From the NCBI GenBank assembly GCA_963693055.1, contig OY843751.1, positions 4,448,001-4,512,000 of the forward strand: 64,000 nt of DNA. The letters are read 5' to 3'. The notes below the pieces were generated by a model. That model did no database searches. It was not told the origin of the DNA and worked only from the letters and a program-made list of their open reading frames with translations. Positions 51,455 to 60,724 of the stretch are shown here, piece after piece. The stretch's first letter is position 1; every line of letters begins with the position of its first letter. The position numbers were made by a program, and so were the translations under genes. The stretch comes from a bacterium (GTDB lineage: Bacteria > Zhuqueibacterota > Zhuqueibacteria > Residuimicrobiales > Krinioviventaceae).

Positions 51455-54139
51455 CTAGCTGATCATTGGATCTGCTTTATCCGGTTTAATATTCAGGTCT
51501 TTAATTGCAGATTTCAGGGTATCCAGTTTTATTTTTCCCTCTTTGAACAACATGTACAATGCGGCAAAAGCGATATAATTTTCATCTACTTCAAAAAACT
51601 CGCGCAAGTGCCGGCGGCCATCACTGCGGCCAAACCCATCAGTTCCAAGTGTCAGCATGGAAGCCGGTATCCATTTGGATACAGATTCAGGAATAGCACG
51701 CACATAATCGGTCGCAGCGACTACTGGGCCTTCAACACCTTCAAGTGCCTGGGTGATATAAGGTACCTTGGCCTTTTTATCAGGATGAAGCATATTCCAA
51801 CGGTCAACGGAAATAGCATCCTTGTGCAGTTCTTTATAACTGGTAACACTCCAGATATCAGAAGCGATTTTATATTTCTTGGCCAGAATTTCCTGAGCCT
51901 GAATGGTTTTGGTCAAAATGGTTCCGCTACCCATCAGTTGAACAGTTGCTTTAGCATCTTTGGGTTTCTTGGAATTAAATTTATAAATACCTTTGATAAT
52001 GCCTTCTTTGACATTTTTGCCTTTTGGCATTGCAGGCTGCACATAATTTTCATTCATAACGGTAATATAATAAAAACCGGGTTCCTGTTTTTCATACATG
52101 TGCTTGATTCCATCACGAATAATTACGGCTAGTTCGTAAGCAAAAGCAGGATCATAAGCACGAATAGTGGGATACGGATATACCAAAAGATGGCTGTTTC
52201 CATCCTGGTGCTGTAATCCTTCACCAGCAAGAGTTGTGCGCCCTGCGGTACCACCGACCAAAAATCCTCTTACTCGCATATCCGCAGCCAGCCAAACAAG
52301 ATCACCAATTCGTTGAATGCCAAACATGGAGTAAAAGATGTAGAATGGTATTGTATTGATATTATGTGTTGAATACGCTGAACCCGCTGCCACAAAAGAT
52401 GCCATAGAACCGGATTCGGTAATACCTTCTTCAAGGATCTGGCCATTTTTGGCTTCTTTATAATACAACAAGCTTTCACGATCCACTGGCTCGTACAACT
52501 GACCCTGATGCGCATAAATACCAATCTGGCGGAACAATGCTTCCATACCAAAGGTACGGGCTTCATCCGGTACAATGGGTACTACAAGATTGCCAATGGT
52601 TTTATCTCTCAGTAATTTATTCAATACACGCACAAAAACCATGGTTGTAGATACTTCCCGGTCATCTGTGCCCTGGTAAAATTCTTCAAAAACAGACTCT
52701 GCAGGCGTTTTAACTGTTGCACTCTGCTGTCTGCGCTGGGGCACAAATCCATTCAACTGCTCTCTGCGTTCGAGCAGATATTTCATATCGGGACTATTTT
52801 CATCCGGACGATAGAATGGCAATGTATCAATCTCTTCATCAGAGATCTGGATACCAAAACGTGAACGGAAATGACGCAGCTCCTGCTCATTCAGTTTCTT
52901 TTGCGAGTGGGTAATATTTTTTCCTTCACCGGCTTCTCCCAAACCATATCCCTTGATTGTTCGGGCAAGAATTACTGTGGGGGCCCCGGTATGCTCGGTT
53001 GCGGCTTTGTAAGCAGCATAAACCTTACTAGGATCATGACCACCCAGCCGCATTTTTTCAAGCTGTTCGTCAGACAAATGTTCAACCATCTTTAACAACT
53101 GTGGATATTTTCCATAAAAATGTTCACGGATGTAGGCGCCACCGCGTACCGCGTAATTCTGATAATCACCATCAACCACTTCGTCCATACGTTTTTGCAG
53201 CCAGCCTTCATCATCTTTTTCAAGCAGTGCATCCCAATCGCTGCCCCAAATCACCTTGATCACATTCCAGCCAGCTCCACGAAAGACCTGTTCAAGCTCT
53301 TGTATAATCTTGCCATTACCACGTACAGGGCCGTCAAGACGTTGCAAATTACAATTGATCACAAAAATAAGATTGTCCAGCTTTTCACGTACGGCCAAAG
53401 AGATAGCACCCAGGGTTTCGGGTTCGTCTGTTTCACCGTCGCCCAAAAATGCCCATACTTTTTCACTAGTAGATGTCTTTAAACCACGATCTTCAAGATA
53501 GCGGTTAAAACGGGCCTGGTAAATAGCCGTAATGGGTCCCAATCCCATAGAAACGGTTGGAAACTGCCAGAAATCAGACTTTAACCAGGGATGAGGATAC
53601 GATGGAAGTCCACCACCTTCATGCACTTCGTGTCTAAAGTTCTTTAAATCTTCAACTGAAAGCCGGCCTTCAAGAAAAGCGCGCGAATAAATTCCCGGTG
53701 ATGCATGACCCTGAAAATAGATTTGATCTCCACTAAAATCTTCTTTGGGTGCACGAAAAAAGTGATTAAACCCTACTTCGTACAGGGTAGCTGCAGATGC
53801 ATATGTAGATATATGTCCACCAATACCGTTCTCAATACGGTTGGCGCGAACAACCATAGCCATAGCATTCCAGCGGATCATACTCTTGATCCGGCGTTCA
53901 ATTTCACGGCTGCCGGGATATGGGGGCTGTTCCTGTACAGATATTGTATTAATATAGGGAGTATTTGCAGTAAATGGCAGTTTTACTCCTGCCTGGTAAG
54001 CACGCTGCTGTAATTCATGTAATATTTTTTTAACCCGTTCCGGGCCGCCTTTCTGAATCACATAATCCAGCGATTCAAGCCATTCTAATAATTCAACATC
54101 AGTCACATTGTCAAAATTTGGAATATCTTTGTCACTCAT
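51455..54139 (-). CDS. aceE: Pyruvate dehydrogenase E1, homodimeric type
   Basis: GGHISTYAS, QGHASPG, GDGETDE, NLQRLDGP, GEGLQH. Confidence 0.96.
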   Translation of the reverse strand: MSDKDIPNFDNVTDVELLEWLESLDYVIQKGGPERVKKILHELQQRAYQAGVKLPFTANTPYINTISVQEQPPYPGSREIERRIKSMIRWNAMAMVVRANRIENGIGGHISTYASAATLYEVGFNHFFRAPKEDFSGDQIYFQGHASPGIYSRAFLEGRLSVEDLKNFRHEVHEGGGLPSYPHPWLKSDFWQFPTVSMGLGPITAIYQARFNRYLEDRGLKTSTSEKVWAFLGDGETDEPETLGAISLAVREKLDNLIFVINCNLQRLDGPVRGNGKIIQELEQVFRGAGWNVIKVIWGSDWDALLEKDDEGWLQKRMDEVVDGDYQNYAVRGGAYIREHFYGKYPQLLKMVEHLSDEQLEKMRLGGHDPSKVYAAYKAATEHTGAPTVILARTIKGYGLGEAGEGKNITHSQKKLNEQELRHFRSRFGIQISDEEIDTLPFYRPDENSPDMKYLLERREQLNGFVPQRRQQSATVKTPAESVFEEFYQGTDDREVSTTMVFVRVLNKLLRDKTIGNLVVPIVPDEARTFGMEALFRQIGIYAHQGQLYEPVDRESLLYYKEAKNGQILEEGITESGSMASFVAAGSAYSTHNINTIPFYIFYSMFGIQRIGDLVWLAADMRVRGFLVGGTAGRTTLAGEGLQHQDGNSHLLVYPYPTIRAYDPAFAYELAVIIRDGIKHMYEKQEPGFYYITVMNENYVQPAMPKGKNVKEGIIKGIYKFNSKKPKDAKATVQLMGSGTILTKTIQAQEILAKKYKIASDIWSVTSYKELHKDAISVDRWNMLHPDKKAKVPYITQALEGVEGPVVAATDYVRAIPESVSKWIPASMLTLGTDGFGRSDGRRHLREFFEVDENYIAFAALYMLFKEGKIKLDTLKSAIKDLNIKPDKADPMIS

Positions 54140-54355
54140 TCTGAATTTTCCTTTATTCTAGCAATTTATTATTCTTTCACAGCCTATAACGGCACACTAT
54201 TTTCTTATATTCCAGTTTCCCCCCCGGACATATTGTAATGCAGAGATTTTAAAAGATAACTCTAGCGGTAAAAATAGAACAGATTTAAAATCCGTTTCAT
54301 TTCTTTTTTATTAATAGGATGTCAAGTAAGGGAAAAAGATTCCAAATAACATCCG

Positions 54356-55294
54356 TTATTTATATAAATTTACACCATTGTTCAAGGCGGTTTGGCGTAA
54401 ATAAGCAAATGCCTCTCTATATTCTGTTTCAGAGGCAAGATGTTCTATCATCAGCGGGGCGTCGAGTTTGCTTAGGTTTTTCAAAAACACACCATAATTT
54501 AAATACCCCTTACCAGGCAGAATTTCATCCAAATGCGTAGACAAGCTGTTGTGTTGGAGAACAATATCTTTAGCATGACAGCTTTTGATATATGGTCCCA
54601 GCTTTTTAAAGCATTCATCAATTAATGCAGCATTGTTAAAATATCGTTGCGGGGAATTGACTATATTCACAGGATCCAAATGCACAGCAAACCGTTCACG
54701 GTCAATGGCTTTGATCAACTGAAAATAAGAATCAGGAGAATCCGGATACAACCATGGCATCATTTCCAGAGTAAAAAAAGTCCGTTTGGGTTTTACAGTG
54801 TCAATGATTTTGCGGTATGTTTCAACAATAAGATCAAAGGTATCATCCGTCAGATTATCCGAATGTATACCATACCACAATGTCTCACTTTTTGATCCCG
54901 AAACATTCACACAGCATCGCGCACCAATTCGGTCTGCAAGGTCAAGACTGCCAATACATTTTTCAATGGCTTTATTACGCTCATCATCATTGGGACTCAG
55001 GGGATTGCTCCACGCTCCAACCTCAGCAATAACGATATCTGCTTTCAGTGCGGCTTTTTTATATTCGCTTACCTCATCATCCGCGCTGCCTATCGAAAGC
55101 GGACAATAAGCGGCAGTGTATCCCATATCCTTAACAGATGCAACCCAGCTTTCGGGATCCGTCCACTTTTTGTATATATTGCCGCCAATACGTACTCCGG
55201 CTTGCTGCGCAGGGTACAGCTTTTGAGACATCGGTGCAGATGCCAATAGCGGAACAGCCACAGTTTTTGCTAAAAAAGTCCGTCTGTTCATCAT
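54356..55294 (-). CDS. Sugar-phosphate isomerase/epimerase (TIM barrel), Tat signal
   Basis: MMNRRTFL; [27 protein letters not shown]; ATGA overlap with topA stop. Confidence 0.85.
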   Translation of the reverse strand: MMNRRTFLAKTVAVPLLASAPMSQKLYPAQQAGVRIGGNIYKKWTDPESWVASVKDMGYTAAYCPLSIGSADDEVSEYKKAALKADIVIAEVGAWSNPLSPNDDERNKAIEKCIGSLDLADRIGARCCVNVSGSKSETLWYGIHSDNLTDDTFDLIVETYRKIIDTVKPKRTFFTLEMMPWLYPDSPDSYFQLIKAIDRERFAVHLDPVNIVNSPQRYFNNAALIDECFKKLGPYIKSCHAKDIVLQHNSLSTHLDEILPGKGYLNYGVFLKNLSKLDAPLMIEHLASETEYREAFAYLRQTALNNGVNLYK

Positions 55295-57933
55295 GCCTTT
55301 GCTTTGGTTTTGGGTTTTGCTTTCTTTTTGGTTGTTTTTTTCTTGGTTTCCCATTCCCATTTATTGTTTTTATAAAAAGCTTCCCAACCGGTTTTCTTGC
55401 CGTCAACTTCGGTCATGAGATATTGTATTTTCTCTTTTCGTTTAAAACGGATCTGTGCCGGAACACCATCCGGATCGGTTGATGGTGCATCCGCAAGATA
55501 GTAAAATTTCGGGTCCAGCTCGTCCCGATGTCTTGCCAGATCTTCCACTAACGGACTGCGGGTCTCGCGGGATTTGGGAAAAGTATGCGCCGCCAGAAAC
55601 AAGCCCGAGGCCCCGTCTCGAAGTAAAAAATACGCATCCGACTTTTCACATTTCAGTTCAGGCATGGGTACAGGCTCGGCTTTGGGTGGCGCGGCCTCAC
55701 CGTTGCGCAAAAGCTTTCGGGTGTTACTGCATTCCGGATATTTGGTACAAGCGAAAAATTTACCAAACCGTCCCGTTTTTAACACCATATCACTGCCGCA
55801 TTTATCACACTCGAGTACCGGCCCTTCATATCCTTTGATACGGAATTCGCCTGCTTCAATTTCTGTACCACTGCAGTTTGGATTATTGCCGCAAACATGC
55901 AAACGACGTTTTTCGTCAACCAGATAAGCATCCATTGCCGTATTGCATATAGGGCAACGACGTTTATTCATTAATGCCATGGTTTCTTCATCAATATCTG
56001 CATTTTTGCTTACAGTTTCTGATTCTTCACCGGGAATCAGGTTAATAGTCTGCTTGCATCGCTCCTTGGGAGACAGATCATATCCCGTACAGCTCAAAAA
56101 AACACCGGTTTGACCATTTCGAATCATCATGGGTTTTCCACATTCGGTACAAGTAATGCCCTCAACAACAACCGGCACATTGTCTCGCATGCCGGTTTCA
56201 CCGGCACGGAGCTGGTTCTCAAAATCATGAAAAAACTCATCCAATAGATTTTTCCACTCTTGATCACCTTGCGACACCTTGTCCAGATCGGTTTCCATGT
56301 TGGCAGTAAAATCATAATCCATTAAATCGATAAAACTATCCATTAACCGGTCTGTTACAATATCACCAATCTTTAAAGCATAAAACCGTCTTTTTTCTAG
56401 CTTAACATATCCGCGATCCTGTATTGTGGAAATAATTGACGCATAGGTAGAAGGGCGGCCAATTCCACGCTTTTCAAGCTCTTTTACCAGACTTGCTTCC
56501 GTATATCTTGGAGGTGGTTTGGTAAAATGCTGACTGGGATCCAGCTTTAATAATTTTAATATATCTCCAACATTGACTTCCGGCAATACGGCATCATCGG
56601 TATCACGAGAGGGCATAATCTTGAGCCAGCCGTCAAACCGCATGGTTCTTCCTGTAGCACGCAGATCAAAATCGCCCGCTGTAATATTGATGGTTGTGCT
56701 GTCAAATTCAGCCGGCGGCATCTGGCAGGCTACAAACCGGCGCCAGATCAAATCATACAATCTCAATTGATCACGTTCAAGACGTATCATCCGTTCCGGA
56801 GTTTTATTTACATCTGTGGGACGAATAGCTTCATGCGCTTCTTGCGCTGAAGCTTTACTGGAATAAAAATTGGGTTTTTCCGGCAGATATCTTTCACCAA
56901 AATTGGTTTTAATAAACTCACGGCATCCCATAATAGAGCCCATGCTAAGATTTGTAGAATCCGTACGCATGTAGGTAATATGCCCGGCCTCATACAACCG
57001 CTGGGCCATCATCATGGTCTTTTTCACACTGAATCCCAGCTGGGTGCTTGCAGCAGCTTGTAATGATGTGGTAATAAAGGGGGCATAGGGACGTTGCTTT
57101 GTGGGTTTCAGCTTGGCTTCTTCAACGCGGTATTCTGCTTCGGTCAACATGGCCAAAGCTTCAAAGGTCTCTTTTTCATTAGTGGGCTTAAAGGTCTTGC
57201 TTTTATATTTCAGAACCTTGGCTTTAAAGGGAGGTTCACCATCCAGATGAGCAAAAACTTCCCAAAACTCTTCGGGAACAAAGGCACGGATCTCCCGCTC
57301 ACGTTCAACAATCAATCGAACGGCCACAGATTGCACCCGCCCGGCAGACAAACCTCGCGCAACCTTTTTCCACAACAAGGGAGATACCATAAAACCTACT
57401 ACTCGGTCCAGAAAACGTCTGGCTTGTTGCGCATTCACCCGGTTCATATCCAGTTCACCTGGCTCACTGAACGCTTTTTGAATTGCGTTTTTGGTTATCT
57501 CGCTAAAGGTAACCCTTTTATAACGTTTATCATCACCGCCAATAGATTCACGTAAATGCCATGCAATGGCTTCCCCTTCACGGTCAAGGTCAGTTGCAAG
57601 ATAAATTTCACCAGACTCACCGGCAAGCTTTTTCAACTGTCTCAACACTTTTTCTTTACCGGGAATAATCTCGTAACGTGCTTCCCACCCATTGTAGGGA
57701 TCAATAGCCATCGTTCGAACAAGATTTTCTCTGGAACGATTTTTCTTAAATTCAGCTTTTTCCTGATCAGAAAGACCTTTGGGCATTCTATTGACAGTTG
57801 CTTTCCCACTGCTCCGAACAGGCAAATCACGTATATGACCAATACTGGAGACTACAACATACTCATCTCCCAGATACTTGTTTATAGTTTTGGCCTTAGC
57901 CGGAGATTCAACAATAACTAGCGCTTTTTTCAT
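55291..57933 (-). CDS. topA: DNA topoisomerase I (type IA) with Zn-ribbon C-terminus
   Basis: [25 protein letters not shown] (catalytic Tyr), GIGRPSTY, C4 ribbons. Confidence 0.97.
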   Translation of the reverse strand: MKKALVIVESPAKAKTINKYLGDEYVVVSSIGHIRDLPVRSSGKATVNRMPKGLSDQEKAEFKKNRSRENLVRTMAIDPYNGWEARYEIIPGKEKVLRQLKKLAGESGEIYLATDLDREGEAIAWHLRESIGGDDKRYKRVTFSEITKNAIQKAFSEPGELDMNRVNAQQARRFLDRVVGFMVSPLLWKKVARGLSAGRVQSVAVRLIVEREREIRAFVPEEFWEVFAHLDGEPPFKAKVLKYKSKTFKPTNEKETFEALAMLTEAEYRVEEAKLKPTKQRPYAPFITTSLQAAASTQLGFSVKKTMMMAQRLYEAGHITYMRTDSTNLSMGSIMGCREFIKTNFGERYLPEKPNFYSSKASAQEAHEAIRPTDVNKTPERMIRLERDQLRLYDLIWRRFVACQMPPAEFDSTTINITAGDFDLRATGRTMRFDGWLKIMPSRDTDDAVLPEVNVGDILKLLKLDPSQHFTKPPPRYTEASLVKELEKRGIGRPSTYASIISTIQDRGYVKLEKRRFYALKIGDIVTDRLMDSFIDLMDYDFTANMETDLDKVSQGDQEWKNLLDEFFHDFENQLRAGETGMRDNVPVVVEGITCTECGKPMMIRNGQTGVFLSCTGYDLSPKERCKQTINLIPGEESETVSKNADIDEETMALMNKRRCPICNTAMDAYLVDEKRRLHVCGNNPNCSGTEIEAGEFRIKGYEGPVLECDKCGSDMVLKTGRFGKFFACTKYPECSNTRKLLRNGEAAPPKAEPVPMPELKCEKSDAYFLLRDGASGLFLAAHTFPKSRETRSPLVEDLARHRDELDPKFYYLADAPSTDPDGVPAQIRFKRKEKIQYLMTEVDGKKTGWEAFYKNNKWEWETKKKTTKKKAKPKTKAKA

Positions 57934-58044
57934 GTGTATCCGTAATAATAAATAGTAAAATTAAGTTTGATAAAAATAACATCCTGCGGCAACGAATGCA
58001 AGCTATATCTTGAATAAGGAGAGAATTTTCTGGCAGAAATGAGA

Positions 58045-58416
58045 TCAGGCCAATGCTTGTTCTAATGCGTTAAACAAACGCTCATCTACAATAGGTTTTA
58101 CGAGAAAAATTGATTCGGAATCTTGCTCAAGTCTGTCTAATGTACGTTTATCTGAATTACCTGTAAGGTAAATAATTGGAATTGAAAATTCTTTTCTGAT
58201 ATTTGAAGCCGTTTCAATTCCATCCATGTCCCCTCTTAGACCGATATCCATAATAACAATATCGGGTCCATATTCTTTTACACTCTTTAAACAATCTTTT
58301 CCTGAATTTACCACAGCTACAACATTATAACCTTTTTCATTTAGCTTTAATTCAGTATCCAAAGCAATAATTGCATCATCTTCCGCAATAATCACCCTAG
58401 CTTTATCATTGTTCAT
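58045..58416 (-). CDS. Stand-alone response regulator receiver
   Basis: AEDD, MDI phospho-Asp, YLTG, VKP. Confidence 0.9.
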   Translation of the reverse strand: MNNDKARVIIAEDDAIIALDTELKLNEKGYNVVAVVNSGKDCLKSVKEYGPDIVIMDIGLRGDMDGIETASNIRKEFSIPIIYLTGNSDKRTLDRLEQDSESIFLVKPIVDERLFNALEQALA

Positions 58417-58517
58417 AGATCACTCCGTGTTGTTAATATCTTAAAACTTAAAAGTATTAGAGTCTATTCCATAAAAAACAGGAAAAACAATCAGGAATAA
58501 GCTTTTTTTGATGTCGA

Positions 58518-58586
58518 AATAGGAAATTCCTTACAACAAAATACGTAATTCTCCCTATTTCATTTTTGGAATCAGTGTATTATATT
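58518..58586 (+). promoter_or_regulatory. Putative activator-dependent promoter: two boxes 22 bp apart abutting TTTCAT-17-TATATT
   Basis: TAGGAAATTCCTTA (58520) and TACGTAATTCTCCCTA (58542); -35 at 58558-58563, -10 at 58581-58586. Confidence 0.4.
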
Positions 58587-58592
58587 TAATCA

Positions 58593-58756
58593 GTTAGTTA
58601 ACGCAAGCAGCAATGCTTATATGTCACCCCCGGTACTGGCGACCCCCCTAAGCTGGTACTGAGACATCTTTTGTGCGTTAACGACTTAATGCCAAGCGTC
58701 ACCCCCGGTACCGGTGACCCCCCTAAATCGGTACTTAGACGGCTTGGCATTTTTTT
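58593..58756 (+). ncRNA. Candidate small RNA with two tandem C-rich hairpin modules
   Basis: Repeats 58623-58665 and 58698-58740 with identical loops GACCCCCCTAA, compensatory stem changes, 9-bp closing stem, GCAA tetraloop, terminal stem + T-run. Confidence 0.7.
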
Positions 58757-58771
58757 ATTATTAGCATTTTT

Positions 58772-60280
58772 TTAATAAATTGCTTCACCAATTTCCAGCA
58801 CTATATCAATCCTACGATTTTTACGACGACCATCTTCAGTTTCATTACTGGCTATCGGTTTGCTTTTTCCATAACCAATACTCTGTATTTGTTCAGAAGG
58901 CAAGCCCATATTGGCTATCAAATAAGATTTTACAGCATTTGATCGTTGTTCGGAAAGTTTCTGATTCGCGGCATCGTGACCTCTCGAGTCGGTATGACCT
59001 TCAATAACAATAGGTGCATTGGGGAACTCTCGTATAGCTCGCTGTACCTTGGTCAGCAATCCAAAATAACCGGGCTCAATTACACTCTTGCCTGAGGCAA
59101 AGTTTAAACCCACCAAACGAATAACAAGATTGGTGCCCTCGCGCAGTACAACCGCTTCCTGAGGCGCATACATATCTTCAATGCGCTTGATCTTGGCTTC
59201 CTGACGCTTCTTGACTTCAAGTGTCTCTTTCAAGCCAGCTTCCTGTTGTTTGCTTACATCCAGTTCTGCTGTAAGCTTGCGGTTTTTTGCCATACTTTCA
59301 TCAAGTTCTTTATTTACCCGCTCTAATTCCTTGCGCAGTTCACTCTTATCATCCAGAGACGCAGCAATTGCCAGATGCAGTGATTCCATAGCAGGTTCTA
59401 TACCATTGTCATACTGCACATCCAGCTTCATTGTGTTTGAAACGGTCGAGAGATTATCTTCAAGATCCAGAAAAACCTTTTCCCAACTATCTTCTTCTTT
59501 ACGATTTTTTTGAATCAAATCTGAAAGAAAAATAGCATGATTGGCTTCATACTCTGCATCTTCTGCTTTCTCTCTGGCTGTTGATTGAGCGCTGCGGTCA
59601 GTGTTAAGAATATTCTCAGCTTCCTGCAGCAATACCTTTGCCCGGTTATAAGTTCGGGGAGCATAACGATCTGCTTTTGTTTCCCTGGCCTTATCCAAAA
59701 GCAGATGTACCTTGCCAATAATACTGGCCTTGATCGCTTTCAATTCGGCTTGACGATAACGATCTTCTCCATCTTTGGCTCTCTTGATTGCATTGTTGAT
59801 ATCATTATCTTCAATCTCTTCCATTGCATCTTTAAAACTGCGTTCTGCCTGCTCATACAATTCTAAAGCGAATTCAGGGGCATTAGCTATCAATGCGTCA
59901 TCACGTGCCTGAATCAAAAAAGGAAGCTGTTTTTTGGCTTCTTTTGCATTACCAATTGCTTTTGCAAGATACTCTTCAGCACGATTCAAATTCTTTTGGA
60001 TACTTTTAACATCCCGCCCACGCTCAAGATCCAGCTTTGCTTCATCAAAGTGCCGTTGGGCCCGTTCAAAATCATTTGGTGATAAAACATGAACCTGGAG
60101 TGATTGAGCATCTTCAAGGACGTGCTCAATGTCAACCAATTTTTGGTTCATTTGCGCCAATATTCCCTGCTCACCAGCCTGTGAAAAAACAGAACCGGGA
60201 GTAGAAACCAGCACAACGAACAAGATCAACATAAAATAAACAGGCAAGTTTTTATTGCCATTTCTCAAGACTAAAGACAT
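58772..60280 (-). CDS. OmpA-family peptidoglycan-binding protein with long helical/coiled-coil (DUF4398-like repeats) N-terminus
   Basis: IEGHTDSRG, NQKLSEQRS.AV, GYGKSKPIASN, GRRKNRRIDI; repeated AP..Y..A helices. Confidence 0.88.
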   Translation of the reverse strand: MSLVLRNGNKNLPVYFMLILFVVLVSTPGSVFSQAGEQGILAQMNQKLVDIEHVLEDAQSLQVHVLSPNDFERAQRHFDEAKLDLERGRDVKSIQKNLNRAEEYLAKAIGNAKEAKKQLPFLIQARDDALIANAPEFALELYEQAERSFKDAMEEIEDNDINNAIKRAKDGEDRYRQAELKAIKASIIGKVHLLLDKARETKADRYAPRTYNRAKVLLQEAENILNTDRSAQSTAREKAEDAEYEANHAIFLSDLIQKNRKEEDSWEKVFLDLEDNLSTVSNTMKLDVQYDNGIEPAMESLHLAIAASLDDKSELRKELERVNKELDESMAKNRKLTAELDVSKQQEAGLKETLEVKKRQEAKIKRIEDMYAPQEAVVLREGTNLVIRLVGLNFASGKSVIEPGYFGLLTKVQRAIREFPNAPIVIEGHTDSRGHDAANQKLSEQRSNAVKSYLIANMGLPSEQIQSIGYGKSKPIASNETEDGRRKNRRIDIVLEIGEAIY

Positions 60281-60305
60281 AATACCTCCCCTCTCCTTCT
60301 TTTTT

Positions 60306-60701
60306 TTAATGAGGTAATGTAACTTTTGTCAAAGCTTCTCTCAAGTTTTCAGGTGTTACCGGCTTTGTCAAATACCATTCACACCCTTCATTGAATGAAG
60401 ACATGATATCTTTGACATCATTTTTAATTGTAATCATTAATATTTTTGCTTCCTGAGAGAACTTGACCTTATTATCAGTTTCCCATTTACGGATATAATG
60501 AACTACCTGCTGTCCTGACATATCTGGCATTTCAATATCCATAGTAATCAAATTATAAGGATCAGAATCTTTATGTGCTTTTTCAAACATAGACAGAGCT
60601 TCTTCACCATTCGGAACCGCATCACACGTACCATACTCAGACAATAATGCCTGCAATTTTGTACGGCTCACGTAATCATCATCCACAACCAATATCCTCA
60701 T
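60306..60701 (-). CDS. CheY-like single-domain response regulator
   Basis: VVDDD, MDIEMP, MIT, LTKP. Confidence 0.9.
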   Translation of the reverse strand: MRILVVDDDYVSRTKLQALLSEYGTCDAVPNGEEALSMFEKAHKDSDPYNLITMDIEMPDMSGQQVVHYIRKWETDNKVKFSQEAKILMITIKNDVKDIMSSFNEGCEWYLTKPVTPENLREALTKVTLPH

Positions 60702-60724
60702 TGCTAACTCCTTTCAGTTGGAAA

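Noticed and set aside
51206-52132. 308-aa + strand ORF and other long antisense ORFs
   Set aside because: Shadow frames opposite well-conserved genes (aceE/aceF etc.) with no recognisable motifs
55295-55360. N-terminal extension of the epimerase ORF
   Set aside because: Overlaps the Lys-rich topA tail; the true start is the Tat signal at 55294
58623-58740. Mini-CRISPR or type III toxin-antitoxin repeat array
   Set aside because: Only two units, the intervening sequence participates in stems, and there are no cas genes or same-strand downstream toxin ORF
58689-58756. Merely the terminator of the ompA operon
   Set aside because: The U-tract and G-U pairs fit the + strand, opposite to ompA, and a terminator would not explain the duplicated covarying module
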